Below are positions 1 to 10,880 of a DNA stretch of 64,000 nucleotides, piece after piece. The position numbers were made by a program, and so were the translations under genes. Source of the DNA: an uncultured Shewanella sp. (lineage in GTDB: Bacteria > Pseudomonadota > Gammaproteobacteria > Enterobacterales > Shewanellaceae). Where the stretch lies: assembly GCF_947491715.1 (NCBI RefSeq), contig NZ_CANLKR010000012.1, positions 44,501 through 108,500 of the forward strand, written 5' to 3'. The notes under the pieces were generated by a model, which was given only the letters and a program-made list of their open reading frames with translations, was not told the DNA's origin and did not search any database. The number at the start of each line of letters is the position of its first letter. Within the stretch, counting starts at the first letter, position 1.

Positions 1-329
1 AATCTTAGATAAATTTTTCATTCTATTCCTTAATAATCACTAATACATCAGCATATTAATGCTCCAAATATTAGTGCTCCAATAAAAGCACTTTATATCA
101 CTAAACAATAATCATACCTAATTTATTCGACATAGATAATTTATTGATAAACCTAAACCTCTTAAAGGTAAATTCGATTATCAAATTTACCTGCACTTTT
201 CATCGCCTTCACTATACTCATTTTATTCTCAAGGTTTCATCTTTATCAAATCTTCATATGCGCATACTCATTAATCGACACAACAAAATAGATCAGCTTA
301 TTGGTTCTCACAACAAAAATGTGATTAAA

Positions 330-977
330 ATGCTCCTATATCCTTGCCTATTGTTCATGTCGGTCTGTGCTACATCCTATGGCCAAAATAGCACATCAAT
401 ATTAGGGACCAGAATGGGCAGTGATTTAAATAATCCTGAGTTTTTCCCTACTGAAACTAAATTGCCTTTTTGTGTTTGGCTTTCACCTAATACGGAAGGT
501 CAAGCCGCACTCGATGCCATAGTCAAAGAGAACATTGAGGATACTAGCTGTCCCTTTTTCGATGCACATATCACCCTTTTTTGTGGCAGTACCTATTTAC
601 CTAAGCGGGCCCTCATTAATCAATTTAATACCGCCTTTGCCAACAGTGACTCGACCCAAGCAAATATTATTGGCACCCAATGGGGCACAGACTTCTTCAA
701 ACGCTTTTATTACCAAATGGAAAATAATACTCAACTCCAAAACCTCTATGAAATCTCAAACAATGCCTTAGACAATGAGGGTACATACAATTTTTCCCCC
801 CATATCAGTTTATTTTATGGCAATGATAGTGACATTCCTGAGAATAAAGCACTCGCAGCCCCCCATTTAGATAGCCTCACCTTCAATAAGATCAGATTAA
901 TGTCCGATTGCTCTGATGAAACCTATGCCTGTGTTGCTTCATGGGAAGAATACGCCAGTATGGCATTAAACGAGTAG
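330..977 (+). CDS. secreted 2H phosphoesterase superfamily protein (LigT/CPDase-like)
   Basis: Two H-x-T/S-L motifs (FDAHITLF and SPHISLF) spaced as in 2H phosphoesterases. Start moved to the ATG at 330 (MLLYPCLLFMSVCATSYG), which gives a signal-peptide-like N-terminus. The ORF is open from 144. Confidence 0.5.
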   Translation: MLLYPCLLFMSVCATSYGQNSTSILGTRMGSDLNNPEFFPTETKLPFCVWLSPNTEGQAALDAIVKENIEDTSCPFFDAHITLFCGSTYLPKRALINQFNTAFANSDSTQANIIGTQWGTDFFKRFYYQMENNTQLQNLYEISNNALDNEGTYNFSPHISLFYGNDSDIPENKALAAPHLDSLTFNKIRLMSDCSDETYACVASWEEYASMALNE

Positions 978-1027
978 CAGAGCCGACATTCATCTTAACA
1001 AGCTCAACCTGAGTTTGTTAAGATTGA

Positions 1028-2326
1028 TTAAACCCAGAGAAACTTAATTAAAAATGCCAATGCGACGCCCCAAACACACAAATTAAGATCCTTATAACGA
1101 CCTGAGCCTAATTTTATAATGACATAACTCATAAATCCCAAAGCAATACCATCGGTTATGGAAAAACTGAATGGCATCATTATCGCTGTCACAAAGGCTG
1201 GAGCCGCTTCAGTAATATCTTGCCACTTAACTTTTGCCAGTTCTTCCACCATCAATATACCCACATACACTAATGCACCAGCCGCCGCATAAATCGGCAC
1301 CATCTGAATTAATGGAGAAATAAAAATAGCTAATAAAAACAATATGCCAACAACAATAGCAACTAATCCCGTACGGCCACCAACTGAAATACCTGATGCA
1401 CTCTCAATATAAGCACCCACTGAAGAAGTCCCCATTACAGCACCACACATTGACGATGAACTATCGACAAATAAAGCCCTTTTCATTTGTTTTTGACCTT
1501 TACTTCCCTGAATTAACCCCGCTTTGTCTGTTAAGCCAACCAAGGTTCCCGTTGAGTCAAACAAATTCACTAACATGAAAGAAAAAATAATCCCTGCCAA
1601 TTCAGGACGAAGCGCACCAACCAGATCTAACTGACCCAATACAGGACTCAAACTTGGTGGTAATGAAAAGAGACCATGAAATTGCACCTCTCCCATTAAA
1701 AAACTCATCAAAGTGATCACAAACAAAGAAATCAATACCGCAGCATGAATGCCTCTTGATGAAAGACAGACAATGATAAAAAAACCTAAAGCCCCCAGCC
1801 AACTCGAGGTGGCACTGAGATCCCCCAAAGTGAGCATTGTCTCTTCATGCTTCACCACTATGCCCATATTTTGTAATCCCATCAGGGCTATCATCAAACC
1901 AATACCACTAATGATCCCTATTCTCAATGAAACGGGAATATGGTTTAAAATCCAGTATCGAATGCGAAATAACGTTAACAGAAAAACCCCAAATGCGCCC
2001 CAAAAGATGGTTCCCATACCCACTTGCCAGCTATATTGCATGCTTAAAGTCACCACAAAAGCAAAAAAAACATTCAATCCCATTGCCGGTGCTAAGGCGA
2101 TAGGCAAGTTCGCTATCAATCCCATTAAAAGCGAACCTAAGCCTGCAATTAAACAGGTCGTGACAAATACGGCTCCTTTATCCATCCCCGCAACGGCTAA
2201 GATCTGCGGATTAACAAAAATGATATACACCATAGTAAAAAAAGTGGTCACACCGGCAATCATTTCAGTTCGAGCCGTGGTATGGTGTGCGCCTAGTTTA
2301 AATACTCGATCCAAAAAACCTGTCAT
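1028..2326 (-). CDS. NCS2/AzgA-family purine (adenine/guanine/hypoxanthine) permease
   Basis: The N-terminus FLDRVFKLGAHHTTARTEMIAGVTTFFTMVYIIFVNPQIL is typical of the AzgA/PurP-type permease family. The rest is polytopic membrane protein. Confidence 0.85.
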   Translation of the reverse strand: MTGFLDRVFKLGAHHTTARTEMIAGVTTFFTMVYIIFVNPQILAVAGMDKGAVFVTTCLIAGLGSLLMGLIANLPIALAPAMGLNVFFAFVVTLSMQYSWQVGMGTIFWGAFGVFLLTLFRIRYWILNHIPVSLRIGIISGIGLMIALMGLQNMGIVVKHEETMLTLGDLSATSSWLGALGFFIIVCLSSRGIHAAVLISLFVITLMSFLMGEVQFHGLFSLPPSLSPVLGQLDLVGALRPELAGIIFSFMLVNLFDSTGTLVGLTDKAGLIQGSKGQKQMKRALFVDSSSSMCGAVMGTSSVGAYIESASGISVGGRTGLVAIVVGILFLLAIFISPLIQMVPIYAAAGALVYVGILMVEELAKVKWQDITEAAPAFVTAIMMPFSFSITDGIALGFMSYVIIKLGSGRYKDLNLCVWGVALAFLIKFLWV

Positions 2327-2484
2327 AGTCTGTCCTTGTACTTCATTTTTAACACGTCGTCATTGTGCTACTGTGCCGTGTTCAAGCATGAGTGCACAGC
2401 CATGTGTGTACAACAATATCCGATGATGCAGAGCTCAAATAATAAGCATCACATCATTTAATGTTAACCCATTGAACATATTAA

Positions 2485-3780
2485 CTAATGAGTCGCCGCA
2501 TACGCTTCCACTTGCTGCCACACTCGAAGTAAATTACCGGACAAGATTTTCTCGATATCCGACTCACTGTATCCCCGCGTTAAAAAGCCGGCAATTAAAT
2601 GCGGATAACTCGACACATCTTTTAAGCCTTCAGGCAAACTGTCTCCGACACCATCATAATCGGAGCCAATACCCACATGCTCAACCCCCACTAATTGGAT
2701 CACATGATCAAAATGATCCAACACGTCATTCAAGGTCGCAAATGCAAATGGCGTCCGTTTATTGTATTCCTTATTAAACGCTTTCATAGACTCACTGCCC
2801 TCAAGCACATTATTGTCAGCCATAAACGCTGCTTTCGCTTTTTTATACGCCTCATAACTGTCAATAGACTGCTGTGAAATAAAGGTCGAACCAAAATTAA
2901 TTTGAATGATCCCGCCATTCTCAGCCAATAGCTTGATCATGTCATCGCTCATATTACGTTCAAAACCAGGGGTAAAATGCCTTGCAGATGAATGAGAGGC
3001 GATCACTGGTGTTTGACTCAAGTCCATCACTTGATAAAAAGCTTCATCGGAAATATGCGATACATCGATCATAACCCCTAAATTATTCATCTCTTGCACC
3101 AATACCTTGCCAAAATCAGTCAAACCATGAGCAGGTCGCTCAGTATCATAAGATGAATCTGAAATATGATTTGCTTTAGCATGGGCAAGCGTAATATAAC
3201 GAATTCCACGATCGTAGAAATGACTGAGGTTGGCCAGATCCCCTTCGATAGGACTGCCATTTTCCATTCCCATTGGAAAAGAAATTAATCCATTAGCAAA
3301 GTTATCTTGTAATTCTTGCGTAGAATAGGCTAATGCAAATTTATGGGGTGAGGCTTTCACTAAAGCTTCAACACTATCAATCAAAGCATCCGCTAACGCC
3401 TTACTTTTACCCGTTCCCTCCAGTGATGATGGCGTATAAATAGACATAAAAGGGGCATTTAAGCCGCCCACCACCGCTCTTGGGTAATCAAAATCCCCGT
3501 TTTCAGTATGTTCACTCACATCTTCAAAGTGATCATCAAGACGGTACGGCACATCAATATGCGTATCCGCAATTAAATATTGCTGGGCGATGTCATTGGC
3601 TTTCGCTTGTACAGCAAGATCTGTTGGCGACTGAGTCGCATTATGTTGACATGCCGATACGCTCGCCAGAAAAATAAAAGCCGTTATCCCTTTAACAAAC
3701 TGGCGTGTTTTTGACTTTGTCGATGTCATCATAGAATATTCTGGCAAGATGGTGCGTATATTTTTTGTTAATTTAGTCAT
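2485..3780 (-). CDS. membrane dipeptidase, peptidase family M19 (lipoprotein-like N-terminus)
   Basis: DTHIDVPYRL, VIASHSSARHF and GIGSDYDG motifs of renal-type dipeptidases. Signal peptide with FLASVSAC lipobox. Confidence 0.85.
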   Translation of the reverse strand: MTKLTKNIRTILPEYSMMTSTKSKTRQFVKGITAFIFLASVSACQHNATQSPTDLAVQAKANDIAQQYLIADTHIDVPYRLDDHFEDVSEHTENGDFDYPRAVVGGLNAPFMSIYTPSSLEGTGKSKALADALIDSVEALVKASPHKFALAYSTQELQDNFANGLISFPMGMENGSPIEGDLANLSHFYDRGIRYITLAHAKANHISDSSYDTERPAHGLTDFGKVLVQEMNNLGVMIDVSHISDEAFYQVMDLSQTPVIASHSSARHFTPGFERNMSDDMIKLLAENGGIIQINFGSTFISQQSIDSYEAYKKAKAAFMADNNVLEGSESMKAFNKEYNKRTPFAFATLNDVLDHFDHVIQLVGVEHVGIGSDYDGVGDSLPEGLKDVSSYPHLIAGFLTRGYSESDIEKILSGNLLRVWQQVEAYAATH

Positions 3781-3863
3781 GTAAAAGTAATTTATAGGTT
3801 ATTATTTTTCAATACTTTATCTTTGTCATTTCCTTCTGTCAAAAGAGATATCATTCCATCAAA

Positions 3864-4448
3864 TTAGCGGTTGAGCTTACTTCGCAAATTATTCTTCACC
3901 GCACCCCATTCTGTTCCTAAAATAGAATACACCACTGTATCTCTTATGGAGCCATCTCGCATAATTTGATCGCAACGTAAAATACCATCTTGTTTCGCGC
4001 CAAGTCGCTCAATGGCTTTTCTTGAGGCTTGATTAAAAAAGTGGGTTCGAAACTCAACAGCCATTGCTTTATGATTGTCAAATAAATGCTGTAATAATAA
4101 AAATTTACTTTCAGTGTTAATGGGCGTTTTTCTCACTGATTGCGCATACCAAGTGTAACCTAAGCGTGCGCGTTTATTCTTTGCATCCACGTGATAATAA
4201 CGCGTGGTCCCCACAATCTTTTGGGTTTGCAAACACCTTACAGCAAAGGCAAGCTCCCCTTCCTCTGCCCTCATGATGGCTTTTTGAATATATTGCGACA
4301 TCGTCTCTGGTGAAGGCACATTGGCATACCACAACCGCCAAGACTCACCATCTAAAACAGCCTCTTTTAATCCATCAAGGTGGTCCATTGTTAATACTTC
4401 AAGTGATACATATTGTCCGACTAGATTGACAGGGTTCAACCAGCTCAT
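3864..4448 (-). CDS. GNAT family N-acetyltransferase (RimJ/RimL-like)
   Basis: Acetyltransferase-fold pattern (ARLGYTWY, AIERLGAKQDGILR). Start set at the ATG at 4448, preceded by GAGGA with a 5-nt spacer. Confidence 0.7.
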   Translation of the reverse strand: MSWLNPVNLVGQYVSLEVLTMDHLDGLKEAVLDGESWRLWYANVPSPETMSQYIQKAIMRAEEGELAFAVRCLQTQKIVGTTRYYHVDAKNKRARLGYTWYAQSVRKTPINTESKFLLLQHLFDNHKAMAVEFRTHFFNQASRKAIERLGAKQDGILRCDQIMRDGSIRDTVVYSILGTEWGAVKNNLRSKLNR

Positions 4449-4786
4449 TATTTTCCTCATTGAGATCATTCAAACAGCAGATCAATGAATATTAACATAA
4501 AAACAGCACAACACGACTTAGCACTTAGGCATAATATCCCATTCAATGGGCCTTTTTTTCAATTTTGATTGTTTGAACACCCTTGGCACAGCTTCGTGAA
4601 AATGGCCACATAAGCTAATGTGCAGAATGTGTAACAATCATAGCCAACAGCAAACAGAGGTTCAGAAACGGCATAAAAACTGAACAATGAGCGACTGCAT
4701 TAACTATAGGTGTTAACATGAAACACAAATACTTGAGCAAAGAACCATCGATTAACCATCAACAAGGAAAAGTTAAGAGGAAAGGA

Positions 4787-5872
4787 ATGCACTATCTCAT
4801 TATTGGTTTTGGCTGTCTCATTCTCAGCGCATGCGGCACGCATAATAACGTTCAACAAGTCATTCAACCCCAGTCAGTTCTGTCTTATCAAGACATGAAT
4901 GTCTCTGTGAAGAGGTTTAAAAATCTATACCCTAAAAAGCCACAGTACCCTCAAAACTGTACCGACCATTGTTACCCCAAATCCCCCAAAATCACATGCG
5001 AAGCGGATAGCCAACAATGTCAATTTATCGGTAAGCAAAATCCCCCCGCATTGGACTTAGGCTTTCATGTACAATGGTTAGGCCATGCCAGCTTTCTCAT
5101 TCGCAGCCCGAATGGCAGTCAATTATTATTTGATCCCGTCAGTGGGCAATTCGACTGGCCTGTGAATTGGGCTTTTTGGCTGAAAGAAGGGTTTAATCGC
5201 CAACTGCCTTACTGGCCAACTCAAGCTGAATTAGCGCAAACCGATCTGGTGCTGTATTCACACATTCATTATGATCATTTTAATAAAGATGACATTGCTC
5301 TATTAGGTCAAAATACTGAATATGTTGTGCCTTTAGGGCTTGCAGCCCATTTTCCTGATAAGGGATATAAAATCAATGAAATGGCATGGTTTTCGAGCAT
5401 ACAACGAGGCGATTTGACTCTTCATTTTGTTCCTGCCCATCATTTTAGTAACCGTATTTGGGTCCCCTACCTATATGAAGACGATAACACCACACTCTGG
5501 GGAGGCTGGGTGGTTGAATACCAAGGAAAACGCTTATTTTTTGCGGGCGATACGGGTTACTCGCCTCACTTTAGCACGATACAAGACACCTATGGCGATA
5601 TGGATATTTGTCTGCTGCCTATCGCTTCTTATTACCATAAAGAGCATGGAAATTGGTATCGTTATGTGCATACCACACCAGAAGATGCGCTTGCAGCCGC
5701 CAAAACATTAAACTGTAAAGTGATGATCCCTTGGGGCTTTGGTAATGCCAGTTGGCAAATGGGCGATCACAGTTCCCATTCAGCCCTTTACCGTTTATTG
5801 CACATGCACAAAACGCTGGAGTCTGATGTGCCAATATATATTATGAATGAAGGGGAGCACACCCAATTATAA
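4787..5872 (+). CDS. MBL-fold metallo-hydrolase lipoprotein
   Basis: HIHYDHF metal-binding motif and FAGDTGY. Start at the ATG at 4787 after AAGAGGAAAGGA. N-terminus IIGFGCLILSAC is a lipobox. Confidence 0.7.
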   Translation: MHYLIIGFGCLILSACGTHNNVQQVIQPQSVLSYQDMNVSVKRFKNLYPKKPQYPQNCTDHCYPKSPKITCEADSQQCQFIGKQNPPALDLGFHVQWLGHASFLIRSPNGSQLLFDPVSGQFDWPVNWAFWLKEGFNRQLPYWPTQAELAQTDLVLYSHIHYDHFNKDDIALLGQNTEYVVPLGLAAHFPDKGYKINEMAWFSSIQRGDLTLHFVPAHHFSNRIWVPYLYEDDNTTLWGGWVVEYQGKRLFFAGDTGYSPHFSTIQDTYGDMDICLLPIASYYHKEHGNWYRYVHTTPEDALAAAKTLNCKVMIPWGFGNASWQMGDHSSHSALYRLLHMHKTLESDVPIYIMNEGEHTQL

Positions 5873-5919
5873 TCTCATCAGCCAATTTCACCTTGATACA
5901 AAATCGACTGATGTTCCAT

Positions 5920-8900
5920 TCACTCTAGACTCAGTGCGTTCACCGCACAATGAGGAGCGATCGTTGTCGTTGTATTATGAGGAAAATTATTATGGCATCT
6001 CGCATTAGCAGCAGGCACCGCACAGGTTGGAGCTGGCGCGGTTGGCGTTGTAGTGCAATAAAAACTGCCTTCATTATCTGCTATTGCAGTAATATCAGCC
6101 TCCTTCAAAACAGTCCCATCGATTAATGCCAGTTTATGAGAAGCCCAGTTTACCGTCTCATTAGGCGGATAAGACTGAGTATAGTCTCTGCCAGAAGTGG
6201 AGTTATATACATCATCACACGCTGTCGCGCCATAATCATTACCGACTTTTGTGGGCGCATATTTAATTGGCATAGCCCCATCATCCACCACTCGAACGGT
6301 ATATAACACACAACCTTCTGCAGGACAGGGATAGAAATCATTAGCAAGATCGCACATCGCTCCACCAGTGCCATTAGGTCCACATGTAGCAAGCGGTGTC
6401 CCGCCCGTTAAATTGGGCTGTTTCTGTTCAATATAGAAAAATAACATACCTTTACTCCCATCCCACCAATAATATTGATCATCATTGTCTTCGTGGATAA
6501 ATTCACTCCATGAGGGAGCTTGACTTAAGGTTTTGACCTTATCATTGACAGGATCTAACGTACCAGGGCAACCTGGTTGAATATTATTAGGATCGGTACC
6601 ACCCGCAGCGTCAAAGTTATTGACATCAGTAAAAGCTAGATTATTACAACCTGATATCGGTTTCCAACTTGGATCGGTTGGCCCAGTAGGCCCTCCATAG
6701 CTTTTACGGCCTTTTTTCACTTCAAAAAAATCACTTGGAACAATGGCAGACACATTCGGACCTTTTTGGGTTTTATAACACAGACCGACCCGTATTCTAA
6801 ACGGCCGTTTCCAACTGCCATCATGATTAAATTCAGACGTCGCATCAGTGAACCCCATAGACACATAACGAGGTAAGGCTGAAGGAGGCGCGATCAGTGG
6901 CACAGCTTGCCCCTTCACAGTATGTGCCCCTACTTCTGTACATTCCTGAGTCGAATGTAATGTATAACCCATACCATTCATCACCTTAGGCTCTCGTACT
7001 TGCGTATTATTTCGACCAACCAGTGTCATGGAATAATGCGCATCCGTAGGCGCATATGAGCTTGTAGAACCTATATAATCTTGAGCATCTTTGATAAAAG
7101 TAATGGGAAATTTTTTCACCAAATTTAACTCTGGATTGGGACCCGTAATCGAAAAAGTCGGATCCCATGCAGTGAATTCCAACGTTGCAAAACTCTGAGG
7201 GCTCATCAACGCACTGGCACGATTTTCAATGATTTTATCCTGTGCGCCTGTTGCCAAACATTCATCAACTGAATAGGGTGACCCATTAAACGCTAAGTTA
7301 TTTAAAGAGATAGGGTATTTCCCGAGCACATCATTACCAGCATCATCGACCACTTTATAGCCCGATAATGTGCCATCATGATCAAGAATAACGGTATTCT
7401 TATCACCATCAACAAATAATGATAAATTCACTTCTTCAGTGTACACCTGATGGCGTAAATCAACATTTTCAAAAATACTGGCTCGACTATATTGTGTCGG
7501 TGGGTAGTTATTCACATTGGATTGAAACCAGCCCATGGCCGCATCACCTTCATAAGGTGGCAACGTTTGCCCCGGTGCCTTACTTTTATAATTAACAAGG
7601 TAAGTATTGTCAGCCACAGTCAGCAATGACTGCGCTGGCAGTTTATTTGTTGTTGCATTAAAGCCATCGGTGGGATCGACTAAAAAATTCACAAAACGAT
7701 TATTTTCCAATCGCGCGGGGCCATCATAGAACATAAAGCCCGCAAAATTCCAAGATGCTGTGGGTATCGCATTGGCCCCTTTTCCTTGCATGCCATAACA
7801 TGTGCCATCTCCTCCTTGCTGCGGACAAGGTCCAAAACGTTCAGGGTTATTTTGCGATACACCAACAATAACCGCATCTGACAATAAGGACCATTCACCT
7901 GGTGGAGAGCCTTCTGAGCCACCGGCTGACACCAGTGACACACTGTCTCTATTGGTGGCAAGACGCCCATTACTGACATGATACCAATTAGGCCTTAGCC
8001 AGATCCCACGATTACGGTTTCGCGTTGCGGTAACGTTATTAAACACAGCGACGGCATTCTTGCCGTTTTCATAGGGTGTAAAATTTTGACCGATAGAGCC
8101 CATATCAGCTGCGGTATCAAGACCATTATAACAACTATGTACACGATTATTTTCAAAGCTAGTTAATGGCGTGTGCAAAACGGCACTGGTTTCAGGTAAT
8201 ATCCAATAACCTCGACCTTGTAATTGGCAACCTGCGACAAGATTATTGTCAAAACGGTTTCCAGGACTGGAGATCCAAAACCCCGTAGGGTTAGTACTTT
8301 CTACTTTATTAACATTCACAAAGGTCTGTGAACCTGGTGGTACAGCCACAGGGGTGGCACCATTAGTGGTTGTCGTCACATTGATGCCGTCGTAGTGAAT
8401 AATACTGGCAAGATAATCTCCCAGCCAAAATTGATTCTCATCAATACTCGGCATAAACTCCGTCGCCATTGCCCCTGCTGCAAGATTATATTTAAAGGTA
8501 TTATCGACCTCATTACCGCTTTCTAAATAAAAACTATGACCAATCGCGCGAGCACAAATATTATGCTCAATATTGACATTATTGGTCATATGAACCGTCA
8601 CACATTTATTATAACTATGATGAATACTATTACTATTGATCAACGTCGTATTATTCTTAACCTCACCAATCATATGAAAATGAAGAGGATAAGCACTCAT
8701 ATCCAAACCGTTAATAGTTTGCTTAACATCTTGACCAAACTTTTCAATTTCCACTCCTTTTATATTCACCGTATCGTAATTTGCAAGCAATTTTATTTGC
8801 CCACCATAGTGCGCGTTTGGACCCGTCGCTAGGGCATCACTGGTTAATTTAATACTGCGACTGATAAGTCCAACGGCTGCACGCTCATCAATACCATAAT

Positions 8901-10245
8901 TGCGCTCTGCACTATCACAAAAACTACTGGGTAAGCCTGTCACATTTGCCGCACCTTCTAACATCACGCCATTACACAGGGTACTTTTTGGCAGTGGTTC
9001 CGTGCTGGGGGCTAGGCTGCCAAAATGATAATGCTTCAATGGGGTGATACTCTGTAAGGTAAGAATACTGATGCCGCTACTACTATCATTGGTCGCAATT
9101 TGCACAAATTCACTCTCATCGGAAGCAAAGCCCGTACCCGCTACCACAATCCAATCACCCGCTGCCCAGTCAACACTTCGAGATAATGTCAATGTCGTAT
9201 CTGCAGCCTGGGCAGGTACAGGCACGGCAACGCCATTTGTTGCACTAAATCGAGCAGGTCCAGCCGCTTTGCTTAAATAAGTCCAGCTCTTTGTTCCATT
9301 ATTATCGGTAGGATCACCTTCAACAACGCCCTTGCTACCAACCATCAATAGCTCCCCCTTATCACCAACAAAAATACCTTTACCGTCGAGGATATCAGCA
9401 CTGCCATCGCTAGGTCGAGTACCTGTAAATTCAAGTGTTAATTGCGATCCCACATTTCTTATTGGGCAATGTTCTGTCCCTATCACTAACTGCCCCTTTG
9501 GAAGATGATCATCACTACCACCGTTTATCCTTATCGTCTCAGCTGTTAATGTTTGATTTTTATCTAACACGACTAATCGCCCACCAACACCAATATTCAC
9601 CTTCCCCAAAGACAATGTGCTTTGAGTCTTATCAATATAGGCATATTGGCAACTTGCATTGTTATCATTAGAGATGTGAATAATGCCATTGGCATCGGCT
9701 GGGCATTGGGTGATATTTTTCCAAGCAAATGAGTCAATATTTTTACAAGCCATGGTATTGATATGAAATTGATTTTCCAAACAACATGCACCACCAGCTT
9801 CGACGACATTCACAGTCATAATATGCGCTGCACCACTGGTATTAACTTGCGAAGCAAGGTCTATTTCATTAATACTGCGTGCTGCTGGATGAGACGAATG
9901 CCCTGAACTCCCCACTTGTCCATCCCACACTTCAAGATGAAAGGTATAAATACCAATAGCATCGGCCTTTAAATATGGGGTGACTACACCAGTACTTGAT
10001 AGACTCGCAACACTACCTTCAGGTTGAGTTAAAATTGTCCAGTGATATTCCAGTTGATCATCATCTAAATCAAAAGACTTGCTACCGTCAAGCTGCACTG
10101 TATGATCCAACAAGATTTGAGCATCACTGCCTGCATGAGCGATGGGTAAGGTATTTTGTTCATTATCATTACAACCACTTAACCATAAACTTGACATCAA
10201 AAGTACTGCACTGATTAGTGAAAGTGATCTCATCATTGAATTCAT
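5920..10245 (-). CDS. large surface/secreted lipoprotein with PKD-like, G8 and parallel beta-helix (PbH1) regions (CEMIP/TMEM2/fibrocystin-like architecture)
   Basis: Lipobox LWLSGC. PKD-like segment AHAGSDAQILLDHTVQLDGSKSFDLDDDQLEYHW. G8-type end LTLSRSVDWAAGDWIVVAGTGF. Repeated N-rich beta-helix segments (NRVHSCYNG, NRGIWLRPNWY) and a Cys-rich C-terminus. Confidence 0.55.
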   Translation of the reverse strand: MNSMMRSLSLISAVLLMSSLWLSGCNDNEQNTLPIAHAGSDAQILLDHTVQLDGSKSFDLDDDQLEYHWTILTQPEGSVASLSSTGVVTPYLKADAIGIYTFHLEVWDGQVGSSGHSSHPAARSINEIDLASQVNTSGAAHIMTVNVVEAGGACCLENQFHINTMACKNIDSFAWKNITQCPADANGIIHISNDNNASCQYAYIDKTQSTLSLGKVNIGVGGRLVVLDKNQTLTAETIRINGGSDDHLPKGQLVIGTEHCPIRNVGSQLTLEFTGTRPSDGSADILDGKGIFVGDKGELLMVGSKGVVEGDPTDNNGTKSWTYLSKAAGPARFSATNGVAVPVPAQAADTTLTLSRSVDWAAGDWIVVAGTGFASDESEFVQIATNDSSSGISILTLQSITPLKHYHFGSLAPSTEPLPKSTLCNGVMLEGAANVTGLPSSFCDSAERNYGIDERAAVGLISRSIKLTSDALATGPNAHYGGQIKLLANYDTVNIKGVEIEKFGQDVKQTINGLDMSAYPLHFHMIGEVKNNTTLINSNSIHHSYNKCVTVHMTNNVNIEHNICARAIGHSFYLESGNEVDNTFKYNLAAGAMATEFMPSIDENQFWLGDYLASIIHYDGINVTTTTNGATPVAVPPGSQTFVNVNKVESTNPTGFWISSPGNRFDNNLVAGCQLQGRGYWILPETSAVLHTPLTSFENNRVHSCYNGLDTAADMGSIGQNFTPYENGKNAVAVFNNVTATRNRNRGIWLRPNWYHVSNGRLATNRDSVSLVSAGGSEGSPPGEWSLLSDAVIVGVSQNNPERFGPCPQQGGDGTCYGMQGKGANAIPTASWNFAGFMFYDGPARLENNRFVNFLVDPTDGFNATTNKLPAQSLLTVADNTYLVNYKSKAPGQTLPPYEGDAAMGWFQSNVNNYPPTQYSRASIFENVDLRHQVYTEEVNLSLFVDGDKNTVILDHDGTLSGYKVVDDAGNDVLGKYPISLNNLAFNGSPYSVDECLATGAQDKIIENRASALMSPQSFATLEFTAWDPTFSITGPNPELNLVKKFPITFIKDAQDYIGSTSSYAPTDAHYSMTLVGRNNTQVREPKVMNGMGYTLHSTQECTEVGAHTVKGQAVPLIAPPSALPRYVSMGFTDATSEFNHDGSWKRPFRIRVGLCYKTQKGPNVSAIVPSDFFEVKKGRKSYGGPTGPTDPSWKPISGCNNLAFTDVNNFDAAGGTDPNNIQPGCPGTLDPVNDKVKTLSQAPSWSEFIHEDNDDQYYWWDGSKGMLFFYIEQKQPNLTGGTPLATCGPNGTGGAMCDLANDFYPCPAEGCVLYTVRVVDDGAMPIKYAPTKVGNDYGATACDDVYNSTSGRDYTQSYPPNETVNWASHKLALIDGTVLKEADITAIADNEGSFYCTTTPTAPAPTCAVPAANARCHNNFPHNTTTTIAPHCAVNALSLE

Positions 10246-10436
10246 CCTTGCAAAACGGTTGATGTTGACAAGTTGCGTATCTGTGAAGTTATCTACATAA
10301 ACTTAAGATCCGTTTATCTTTAGCGATTCTATATCACAGAGACAAGTTAAGTTTATGCGTAAATATCAATAAGACCAGTTTAGTACCTGCAGCAGCACAA
10401 CATGCTTTCACTTTGGCTTATTCTTAGTATATTTGT

Positions 10437-10880
10437 TCAATCACTGCAGCTAATACAAAAAGGGTGCATAAAAATAGCATGATCGCCTTCAATCCCATCA
10501 TAGCGAACATGCTTGCCCGCTTGCGTCAGTTTAGTGACATAGCGTTCACTTAAATAAGCTTTGGTAATGTTATCCTCAGTACCACAAATCACATGAATAC
10601 ATGCATGACTCGATATTTTATCAATCAATTGAAGAGGAGAAATCCTGTTTAATTGTCCAATAAACAGCGGATTAAAGGAGAACTTAAACATATCACCATG
10701 AATAGCAATAACTAAATAAGGCTGAGCCTGTACTTGATTTTCATGGATATCCAGAATGAGCGCTGTCTTATTATAAACTTGCTCATTGCTAAAACCCGAT
10801 TGATTTTGATGATGCTTTTTTTGTTGAGCTGGCTTGGTTTTCCCAGTCAAGCACAACCAGATGGATTGCAAAATAGACAC
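10437..10880 (-). CDS. hypothetical protein, alpha/beta-hydrolase-like C-terminal remnant
   Basis: GTEDNI...AGKHV...GDHAIF resembles the C-terminal Asp/His part of dienelactone-hydrolase-type folds. No GxSxG nucleophile is visible. Confidence 0.3.
   Translation of the reverse strand: MSILQSIWLCLTGKTKPAQQKKHHQNQSGFSNEQVYNKTALILDIHENQVQAQPYLVIAIHGDMFKFSFNPLFIGQLNRISPLQLIDKISSHACIHVICGTEDNITKAYLSERYVTKLTQAGKHVRYDGIEGDHAIFMHPFCISCSD

Noticed and set aside
1749-2426. A 225-aa plus-strand ORF, together with many other 60-130 aa ORFs nested antisense in large genes (for example 8536-8832, 22473-22793, 33287-33670, 34529-34795, 53655-53927).
   Set aside because: They lie fully inside well-supported genes on the opposite strand and have no recognisable motifs or start context. 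They are typical shadow ORFs. The two inside the SBP paralogues simply mirror the gene duplication.
2327-2484. A purine riboswitch upstream of the purine permease gene.
   Set aside because: The minus-strand leader lacks the conserved purine-riboswitch core elements (UAUA...GGAUAUGG...GUUUCUACC...CCGUAAA). Only generic hairpins are present.
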